Shown here: piece by piece, positions 49,350-56,515 of the stretch
Layout of the letters: every line of letters starts with the position of its first letter
How positions within the stretch are numbered: the stretch's first letter is position 1
Assembly: GCA_049320885.1 (NCBI GenBank)
Contig: JBMORA010000009.1
Span: 224,001-288,000 of the forward strand
Source of the DNA: Thermodesulfobacteriota bacterium
GTDB taxonomy: Bacteria > Desulfobacterota > Desulfobacteria > Desulfobacterales > SURF-7
Length of the DNA stretch: 64,000 nt
Reading direction: 5' to 3'
Program-made: the position numbers and the translations under genes
The notes under the pieces: model-generated
What the model was told of the DNA's origin: nothing
Database searches by the model: none
What the model saw: only the letters and a program-made list of their open reading frames with translations

Positions 49350-49967
49350 ATGGACCTTCTTACCGCGGAATTTTACCGGCAACGATTCCGGGACTGTGCC
49401 GATGAGTATGAAAAGGCCACACTGCCGGCGCTCCACCGCCTGATTCTTTCTGTTGCCCTGCCGGGGTGCGGTGTGCTCGAAATCGGGTCCGGTTCCGGAC
49501 GGGAGGCGGCGCTACTGAAGGCCGCCGGCTGCCGGGTCACGGTTACCGATGGCTGCCCGCAAATGCTGGCAGAGGCCATCCGGCTGCATCCCGAGCTGGC
49601 CGCCAACGCCCGAACAGCCGATTTCCCCCTGCCGGATGACGACCCGCTACTGATAGAGCGGTTTGACCTGGTGCTGGCCCTCGCCCTCATCATGCATTTG
49701 ACCGATCCGGACTTGGAACGCTTCGCCCACCAGACGGCCGGGATCACCCGACCCGGCGGGGCCCTGATCCTCTCCCATTCCTCAGGCCGCCGGAATTTGC
49801 ACCGGGATCGCGATCCTGAGAATCGCCTGATCATCGAGCGTTCCGTTACGGACATCTGTCATCGATTCACCTTGGCTGGCTTTGACCAGCAGGTGGCTAT
49901 CCAGAGCCAGGACGGTCTGGGCCGGGAACCTATCTCCTGGTCCACCCATATGTTTCGAAAAAGATAG
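49350..49967 (+). CDS. Class I SAM-dependent methyltransferase
   Basis: VLEIGSGSGREA, FDLVLA...MHL, RPGGALILS. Confidence 0.85.
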   Translation: MDLLTAEFYRQRFRDCADEYEKATLPALHRLILSVALPGCGVLEIGSGSGREAALLKAAGCRVTVTDGCPQMLAEAIRLHPELAANARTADFPLPDDDPLLIERFDLVLALALIMHLTDPDLERFAHQTAGITRPGGALILSHSSGRRNLHRDRDPENRLIIERSVTDICHRFTLAGFDQQVAIQSQDGLGREPISWSTHMFRKR

Positions 49968-49973
49968 GTAAAC

Positions 49974-50000
49974 CACGGATGGCACGGATGGCACGGATGA
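49974..50000. repeat. 9-mer tandem repeat CACGGATGG x3
   Basis: cacggatgg cacggatgg cacggatga just after a stop codon. Confidence 0.85.
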
Positions 50001-50198
50001 GGATTAAGCGGTTTTCTCCGGCCTTGCCGGAACCACTTCGCGGACATACGAAAGTTTTTGACTTGTAAGGTTTTCTGACCGATTTTATTTTGTCTTCTGA
50101 CTCCTGAATAGCTTCCCGCGGCCGGTTCATGGCATCTCTTTTGCTTCCTTTAACCTCCGAAAGACCTTCCAGGAGCCCCGTGAACAAAGGATACCGCC

Positions 50199-50618
50199 AT
50201 GGGAATCAGTAAAATCGGATATCAAAACGGCAGGTTGTCAAATGAGCAGACCTTGCTGGGCGATGAGCGGAAACAGCAACTCAAGGAAATTCTTGCAGGA
50301 TATCATCCGGAAAATATTTCCGCGGAGGAGCAGTCGCGCCTGTGGGCGGAATTGAAGGCCGCCGGGATTCCGCGCAACCGGGAAACCATCCAGCTGCTTC
50401 AAAAAGCCGGGTTTGATATCGCTCCATTGCCGGCCGGTCAGGACCGGCAGGGGATTCCGGACATCCAAAGCGGGCAGCTGGTGACCCCCCGCATTCTGGA
50501 CTTGTTCCGGCAGCGGGATTCCGGCAACATCACCGAGGCGGAATTCCAATCCCGGATCGAAGATCTCAAACAGCTCCTGCACACCCCCACCGGAACCCTG
50601 CTGGATCGCAGCGCCTGA
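50199..50618 (+). CDS. Hypothetical protein
   Basis: 139-aa ORF with AAGGA SD and host-like codon usage; ends TGTLLDRSA. Confidence 0.6.
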   Translation: MGISKIGYQNGRLSNEQTLLGDERKQQLKEILAGYHPENISAEEQSRLWAELKAAGIPRNRETIQLLQKAGFDIAPLPAGQDRQGIPDIQSGQLVTPRILDLFRQRDSGNITEAEFQSRIEDLKQLLHTPTGTLLDRSA

Positions 50619-50731
50619 CGGCCGGCTTCTCTCCGGAAATCCTTCCCGAGTGACGGTATCTCCAAATCAACGCGCGTCAGGCAACAGGACTTGCCTTATA
50701 CTCCTTGACAATATCCATGCCTGTTGTACAT

Positions 50732-50965
50732 AGGCTGACACTTGAGGAAGCCCGGAAAGGTTTAATCATTTTTAACAGCATCCCGTTACGGTATGTCGAA
50801 GTGGATTTCGCTAATGCATTACAATTATCTAAAGCGATCAATATGTATGCCTATGACGCCTATGTCTTAGATTGCGCAATTAGATATAACGCATCTTTGC
50901 TGACTTTAGACCGCAAATTAGTTGCGGCGGCCCAAAGCATAAATATTCAAATACTGGAGGTTTAG
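50732..50965 (+). pseudogene. 5'-truncated VapC/PIN-domain toxin
   Basis: C-terminal PIN motifs YAYDAYVLDCA and LLTLDRKL are present; the N-terminal D(T/A)S acidic motif is missing. Confidence 0.75.
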
Positions 50966-50966
50966 G

Positions 50967-51185
50967 ATGCAAATCTATACATATTCGGAGGCAAGACAAA
51001 AACTTGCATATGTATTGGAGCAAGCAGAAAACACAGGTAAGGTGTTAATTCGAAGAAAAGACGGTAGAACATTCGCACTGGTACCAGAAAAAACAGCTTC
51101 ATCCCCTCTCGATGTTCCTTCGGTTAAAGCAAAGATTACTACTCAAACGATTGTGGATATAATTCGAGAAGGAAGAGAAAGGTAG
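50967..51185 (+). CDS. Phd/YefM family antitoxin
   Basis: YTYSEARQKLA.VLEQAE..G.V.IRRKDG; GGAGG SD. Confidence 0.85.
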   Translation: MQIYTYSEARQKLAYVLEQAENTGKVLIRRKDGRTFALVPEKTASSPLDVPSVKAKITTQTIVDIIREGRER

Positions 51186-51243
51186 AACGTTGCCTGCTGG
51201 GCTTGTTTTGTCAGCGGGATTCCGGCGACACAGCCATATGAAT

Positions 51244-51312
51244 AATCTGTGTAAATCGGTGTAATCTGAGGATAGAAAAAATCGGTGGATAAAAACGGAC
51301 TATCCGCAGATT
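51244..51312. repeat. Degenerate 9-10-mer tandem repeat with an inverted partner
   Basis: aatctgtgta aatcggtgt aatctgaggata ... tatccgcagatt (inverted copy at 51301-51312). Confidence 0.6.
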
Positions 51313-51739
51313 GTCGTTGGCGTAGAAGAACCGTCCAGAATCGTCGGTGTTGATGAAGAGCGTCTCAAGAGGATCTTTGAGATAGCGATTCAGCGGCTCA
51401 CGCCGCGGATACGGGCAACCCTTTCGTTTCAAGAGATCGAGGGCAAGAGAGTAGCCATTTTTGGTGTACCACGCTCAGCCTCTGTCGTTCTGGCTGATGG
51501 CAGTGCCTTTGTCCGCAGCGGTACCTTACCCAGCCAATGGCTTTAAGCTACCGGAGAAACCAGATACAAAGACTATAGAAGCGCTTGCTAATTCAATCGA
51601 GAAGCAGACGACGCTCATCGAAGAGCTGAGAGAAGAAATACGGGTCAGCAATAGCTGGAAGAGCAAATGGAAGGATTACTTGATTTTTGGGTTTGTGGGT
51701 GCAATCCTCGGTGCAATCGCGACTATCTTGATCGGTTGA
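51307..51739 (+). pseudogene. Fragment of an AlbA_2/Schlafen-like domain protein with C-terminal coiled coil and TM helix, frameshifted
   Basis: Frame from 51301 reads IVVGVEEPSRIVGVDEERLKRIFEIAIQRLTP...IEGKRVAIF.VPRS...AFVRSG; switches frame near 51525-51545 into ...EKQTTLIEELREEI...DYLIFGFVGAILGAIATILIG*. Confidence 0.6.
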
Positions 51740-51741
51740 TG

Positions 51742-51799
51742 TGCCCCACCCGGCCTGCTGCGGATTCTGTTCCCTCGCTGCAGAGGTTGGGTATTATAG
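51742..51799 (+). mobile_element. Degenerate integron attC-like site
   Basis: Just after a stop codon: GCCCCAC (R'' GCCCAAC-like), ccggcct/aggttgg and ctgctgcg/cgctgcag arms, ends ATTATAG (R' GTTRRRY-like). Confidence 0.5.
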
Positions 51800-51834
51800 A
51801 TCAAAAAAGCCATATAAAAAGCCATATTTTTATA

Positions 51835-51863
51835 TTGACATACTTTCTTTTCCAACCTACTAT
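51835..51863 (+). promoter_or_regulatory. Sigma70 promoter of brnT-brnA (leaderless geometry)
   Basis: TTGACA (51835-51840), 17 nt, TACTAT (51858-51863); preceded by tandem AAAAAGCCATAT x2 (51804-51827). Confidence 0.7.
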
Positions 51864-51869
51864 AAAATA

Positions 51870-52163
51870 ATAAAAAAACAATCTGATTTTGATTGGGATG
51901 CCGACAAAGACAATCTCAATCAGGAAAAGCATGGCGTTTCGTTTGCTCTGGCACAACTTGCGTTTCTGGACCCTGACCGTGTTATCCTTGAAGATTTTGA
52001 GCACGGGGATGATGAGAAACGGTACTATTGCCTTGGCAGAGTCTCTGCCGGAATAATGACCGTTCGATTTACGTACAGAAAAAACAAAATCAGAATTTTT
52101 GGCGCCGGATATTGGCGGAAAGGAAAGAAAATATATGAAAGGGAAAATCAAATACACGGATGA
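51870..52163 (+). pseudogene. brnT: BrnT family toxin with ATA at the expected start codon
   Basis: FDWDADKD..NQEKHGVSF..A...F.D...E.RY..LG...TVRFT.R...IRIFGA; in-frame ATA at 51870 and no ATG before the conserved N-terminus. Confidence 0.75.
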
Positions 52164-52362
52164 GCCCATTGGGAAGGTCAAGGTTATTCCTGATTTTCTC
52201 CCATCCCCAGAAGAACTCGCTCTGAAAGACGAGACCGTGAAGGTTACAATTGTGTTAAGCAAAGCAAGTGTCGATTTTTTTAAAAAAGAGGCCAAAAAAT
52301 ATAACACTCAATATCAGAAAATGATCCGCAGACTTTTGGATGAATATACCGTTCATCAGTAA
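52135..52362 (+). CDS. brnA: BrnA/CopG-like antitoxin
   Basis: DFLPSPEEL...VKVTI.LS..SVDFFKK.A......YQ.MIR.LLD.Y; overlaps the brnT end. Confidence 0.8.
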   Translation: MKGKIKYTDEPIGKVKVIPDFLPSPEELALKDETVKVTIVLSKASVDFFKKEAKKYNTQYQKMIRRLLDEYTVHQ

Positions 52363-52390
52363 ACGCGGATCCATAAAAGGAAGCATACGC

Positions 52391-52720
52391 ATGGACATGT
52401 GGAAGTTCTTTAACATCACGCATCGGGAGCACACTCTCTGCAATCCGATGAGTCTTGAGAAACTTGAACAGCTTATCACACTTCTGCCGTTGAAACCCGG
52501 GGCGCGCGTGCTTGATATCGCCACTGGCAAGGGCGAGTTTCTCATCAAGCTTGCAGAGCGGTACCGGCAAATGACAGGGACAGGCGTTGATTTCTCTCCC
52601 CACTGCATTGCCGATGTCCGCAAGAAACATCAAGAACGTGTTCCCGATGCCCAGCTCCATTTCTTGGAGATGGACGGGGCCAAGTATGTCCGGATGCGGC
52701 TATGGACGCACATGTTCTGA
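52391..52720 (+). pseudogene. 3'-truncated class I SAM methyltransferase
   Basis: LCNPMS.EKL, RVLDIATGKGE, GVDFSP, EMDGAKY, then loses similarity at about 52690. Confidence 0.7.
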
Positions 52721-53216
52721 ATTGATAGAGGCCGGTTATCACAATGTAGTCGGGATTGACATCTCTGAGGAAATGATAAGACGCGGTAGGTGGCTGAATG
52801 GCGATCTGAACCTTCATATTTTTGACGGCAGGTCAGTTGATTTCGAAGATAGCTCCTTTGACGCCTGTATTTTGTTGGCGGTACTCACCTGCATACCATA
52901 TGATGGAGGGCAAAACCGTACCATAGATGAAGTACACAGGTTGCTTCGACCCGGTGGCATGGTATTTATCAGTGATTATCCCCTGCGGAAGGACGAGAGG
53001 AACCAAAAACGATACCGTGAGTTCGAAAAACAATTTGGGACTTTTGGCATTTTTAGGACTGAGAATGCTATCCTTCGCCATTTCGATATGAGTCGGATAT
53101 ACCAACTCCTATCGAGATTTGAAATCCTTTGGGAAGAGGTCATCAGAGTTTGCACAATGAATGGCAACGAATCAGATGTTTTCCAAATTGGGGCACGGAA
53201 GAAAAATATCGGCTGA
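52691..53216 (+). pseudogene. 5'-truncated class I SAM methyltransferase
   Basis: Begins mid-motif I (GCGYGR), then GIDISEEMI, SFDACILLAVLTCI, LRPGG; stop codon lies inside the attC left end. Confidence 0.7.
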
Positions 53217-53298
53217 CCCAGCATGAACTCGGACTGGGAATCAGCTGCTACGCTTCGCGTTGCAGCTATTTTCCAACCGGTTATACTGAACATTCGCT
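53211..53298 (+). mobile_element. Degenerate integron attC site
   Basis: GGCTGAC (R'') ... CAGCAT(G)AAC/GTTATACTG (L boxes with extrahelical G) ... AGCTGC/GCAGCT, ACGC-ttc-GCGT ... ATTCGCT (R'); a long imperfect hairpin containing the upstream stop. Confidence 0.7.
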
Positions 53299-53447
53299 TT
53301 CATAAAATCAGCTGAAGGGGCTGAAGGGGATAGTATATGGTCGGACCACGATAAGTAGTTAAACGTAAAATAAATAAGTAGTAAAAACGTTGTTCAAATT
53401 AGCCCATAACCGATTTTTTGAGGGCAAAAAAGAGTTTAGGAAAAGGC

Positions 53448-53789
53448 ATGTCGATAAAACACTTAATTCCAGATGACCCCCAACAATTTATCCAACGCAA
53501 TGTAATCCAAAGGAAAATATTTTGGACATACCATGTGAATATGCGTTTGAAAGGCCGTTCCATTTCCCGAGATGCAATTATCAATTCTCACGATAGTTAT
53601 GAAATATTGTAACAATATCAGAATGATAAATATTTTCCAAGCTATCTTGTTCGTTCTGAATACCATAATGATATAGTACATATTCTGTTTGCAGCTGATG
53701 TGAAAGATGATAATATTCGTATTATTACCGCCTATCGCCCGACTTTGGGAGAATGGGAAGAGGGCTTTAGAATAAGGAGGCAATCTTGA
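53448..53789 (+). pseudogene. DUF4258 family putative toxin with an internal stop
   Basis: IFWTYHVNMRLKGRSISR...EIL*QYQNDKYFPSYLV...HILFA.D....RIITAYRP...W; TAA at 53610-53612; the frame continues to TGA overlapping the next ATG. Confidence 0.8.
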
Positions 53790-54010
53790 TGAAATGCCAT
53801 TTGTGTGGATCAAAATTGGAGTCTTTGATCACCGACCTACCTTTCAAAATCAGCGATACGACCATTGCCATTTTGAAAGGTATGCCGATTTTGCAATGTG
53901 AAAATTGTGGTGAGTATCTGATTGATGATTCGGTGATGAAACATGTTGAAAAAATCCTGGAACGGGTAAGCGCAGATGCTGAGCTAGAAATTATTCGTTA
54001 TGCCGCTTGA
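53789..54010 (+). CDS. YgiT-type zinc finger / MqsA-like antitoxin
   Basis: MKCHLCG...P.LQCENCGEY; TGATG coupling and AAGGAGG SD. Confidence 0.85.
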   Translation: MKCHLCGSKLESLITDLPFKISDTTIAILKGMPILQCENCGEYLIDDSVMKHVEKILERVSADAELEIIRYAA

Positions 54011-54085
54011 AGATTTGTTTGACCGCTATGAATGCCCAACCATTCACATAAAACCTCTATGCACCGCTGATATGGAAAAAAAGTG

Positions 54086-54559
54086 ATGTCCGATAGAGCC
54101 GCCATGGCAACGGAAAAATTCCTGAGTGGATACAACTGAGCCCAGGCCGTCCTTTACGCTTTCCGGGACGAAAGCGAATTGCCGGGGGAAACAGCCTTGA
54201 AGATCGCGTGTGGCCTGGGTGCGGGCATGGGGCGAAAAGAGGAGGTCTGCGGCGCCGTGACCGGCGGGATTCTTGTCCTGGGATTGCGGCATGGCCGGGG
54301 CGGCCAAGATGATCGCTCGGCCATGGAATCAACATACCGGAAAACCCGGGAGCTTATGGACCGGTTTGCCGCGAAGCATGGCACGTTCATTTGCCGCAAG
54401 CTGCTGAATGGCTGCGAGTTGACGACGGACGAAGGGCAGAAGTACTTTAAGGAAAACGACCTGTTGAACAAGACCTGTGTCCCGTGTGTTCAGACTGTTG
54501 TTGGGATCCTTTTGGATCAGGAGGAAAGCAATGCCACAATTACTGGGCATCCGCATTAA
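54086..54559 (+). CDS. C_GCAxxG_C_C family redox protein, probable selenoprotein (in-frame UGA at codon 18)
   Basis: FLSGYN-TGA-AQAV (family motif NCAQ), GLGAGMG, CGAVTGG, CRKLL, CV; stem-loop at 54157-54176. Confidence 0.7.
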
Positions 54560-55754
54560 AAATTATAAATCACTAAAGTCTGTCACACTGGGGCAGATCG
54601 GATATGGGCAAGGAGATGCCCTGCCGCCGCTCAGTTGCTTTATCGGTCCGAATGGAAGCGGCAAATCGAGTCTGCTGGATTCATTTGGATTTCTTTCTGA
54701 TTGCCTGCGAGAAGGGGTGGAGGCTGCCTGCGACAAGCCGCAACGCGGAGGTTTCGGGCGATTACGAACCCAAGGGTGTGATGAATCGATACAGTTTGAC
54801 ATTTATTACCGGGAGAATTTGACCGCCAGGCCAATAACGTACAATTTTGAAATTACCGAGGACAAAGGAGTCCCCATCGTTCTTCGCGAACATCTCCGCC
54901 AGCGTAGAAAAGGCCAAAAACATGGACAACCATTTACATTCCTTCGACTTGAAAGAGGGAAGGGAGTTGTATGGGCTGGAGAAAAAACCGAAGACGAGGA
55001 AGGCGCAACCCAACAGGATATCAAACTGGAAGATAATGACCGGCTCGGGATTACAACGCTTGGTCAATTATCCGAACATCCGCGCATCGTAGGATTGCGT
55101 GCCTATATCGAGAATTGGTACCTTTCTTATTTTATCCCGGATGCGGCCAGGCGGTTACCGCCGGCAGGGGCGCAAAAGCATCTTGATCGAACCGGTGAAA
55201 ATCTCGGGAACGTGGTCCAGTTTCTTGAGAGGAATCATAAGACTCGTTTTGATAGCATTTTGGAACGAATACGGCAACGAATTCCTGGAATCGAAAAAAT
55301 CGAAACAGAAAAAAGTCAAGATGGCCGGCTGTTATTGAAGTTCAATGAAGCAGGCTATCAGGATCCGTTTTTTCAACAGAACATGTCCGATGGAACATTA
55401 AAGATGTTTGCTTATCTGCTGCTTCTTGAAGATCCGGAACCGCCTTCGTTTGTTGGAATAGAGGAACCTGAAAACGGACTCTATCATAGATTGGTGGAAC
55501 AACTCGCCAGCGAATTTCGCCGGTATTCTGAAAAATCGAAAGGCAAACTTCAGGTATTGATAACAACCCATTCTCCACAGTTTGTTGATGCATTGAGCCC
55601 CGAACAAGTTTGGCTGATGGAAAAGGATGAAAACGGATTCACTCAAGTCAAGCGCACAGCCGATATGCCCATCATAAAAACCCTTGACGAAGAAGGAATA
55701 CCGCTTGGCAGCCTATGGTACAGCAATCACCTTGAGGAAAGATTCGCGGGATGA
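54531..55754 (+). CDS. ABC-type (AAA_21-like) ATPase
   Basis: IKNYKSL, GPNGSGKSS, MSDGTLKM, GIEEPENGLY, QVLITTHSP. Confidence 0.88.
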   Translation: MPQLLGIRIKNYKSLKSVTLGQIGYGQGDALPPLSCFIGPNGSGKSSLLDSFGFLSDCLREGVEAACDKPQRGGFGRLRTQGCDESIQFDIYYRENLTARPITYNFEITEDKGVPIVLREHLRQRRKGQKHGQPFTFLRLERGKGVVWAGEKTEDEEGATQQDIKLEDNDRLGITTLGQLSEHPRIVGLRAYIENWYLSYFIPDAARRLPPAGAQKHLDRTGENLGNVVQFLERNHKTRFDSILERIRQRIPGIEKIETEKSQDGRLLLKFNEAGYQDPFFQQNMSDGTLKMFAYLLLLEDPEPPSFVGIEEPENGLYHRLVEQLASEFRRYSEKSKGKLQVLITTHSPQFVDALSPEQVWLMEKDENGFTQVKRTADMPIIKTLDEEGIPLGSLWYSNHLEERFAG

Positions 55755-56380
55755 GGATTCATTTTTTTGTTGAAGGTCTATCGGAAAAGACTTTTCTGCA
55801 AGTATGGTTGCCTAGATTTCTGCCTGCGAGCCACTCTTTCAAGATCATTCCTCACAGGGGTAAAGGCAAAATTCCCGGCGATCCGGGTAAGAAGCCGGAT
55901 CCAAGACGGCAAGGACTTTTGGATCAATTACCGGCAAAACTCAGGGCCTATGGAAAGGAATTGCATCGCGATACGGATAGAATTATTGTACTTGTTGATT
56001 TGGATCACGATGATTGTCTGATCCTTAAGAAAAAGATGGTTGATTTGCTTGATTACTGCGATACCCCGCCGGTCGCTCTTTTCCGGATTGCTATCGAAGA
56101 AACCGAGGCTTTTTATCTCGGTGATCGATCAGCTATCCGGGCCGCTTTTCCAAAGGCGAGAATATCGCTTCTGGACACATATATTCAGGATAGCATTTGC
56201 GGCACTTGGGAATTGTTCATGGAAGCAATAAGAGAGACTTCGGATGACAAGGTGCGCTGGGCCGGAATAATGGGCAGGCATTTGACAACAAAGTGGAAAG
56301 GCGCGTTTGCAAATAAATCCATATCATTTCAACAATTTTGCAAAGGGATTTTGCAAATGGCCGGTGAGCCGATCGATTGA
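55751..56380 (+). CDS. DUF4276-like TOPRIM-fold protein
   Basis: FFVEGLSE, VLVDLDHDDC, IAIEETEAFYLGD..AI..AFP, NKS.SF..F; ATGA coupling to the ATPase. Confidence 0.75.
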   Translation: MRIHFFVEGLSEKTFLQVWLPRFLPASHSFKIIPHRGKGKIPGDPGKKPDPRRQGLLDQLPAKLRAYGKELHRDTDRIIVLVDLDHDDCLILKKKMVDLLDYCDTPPVALFRIAIEETEAFYLGDRSAIRAAFPKARISLLDTYIQDSICGTWELFMEAIRETSDDKVRWAGIMGRHLTTKWKGAFANKSISFQQFCKGILQMAGEPID

Positions 56381-56481
56381 AAACGCTTTAAATCGACCTG
56401 TATGGATGCTCATTCCTGTAAATTATGAAAATTTGTCACAAAACAACCTTGAATAATACGAATAAACATCAATAAAAATGG

Positions 56482-56509
56482 TTGACATTTCCGAAATCGG
56501 CTGTAATTT
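56482..56509 (+). promoter_or_regulatory. Sigma70-like promoter, leaderless geometry
   Basis: TTGACA, 16 nt, TAATTT; ATG 6 nt downstream. Confidence 0.45.
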
Positions 56510-56515
56510 GGGGGC

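Noticed and set aside
49930..50187. 85-aa minus-strand ORF
   Set aside because: It overlaps a real gene end and the tandem repeat (giving IRAIRAIR); no recognisable motif.
49974..54040. CRISPR array
   Set aside because: The repeats are 7-17 bp tandem units or single hairpins without unique spacers of regular length; no cas genes.
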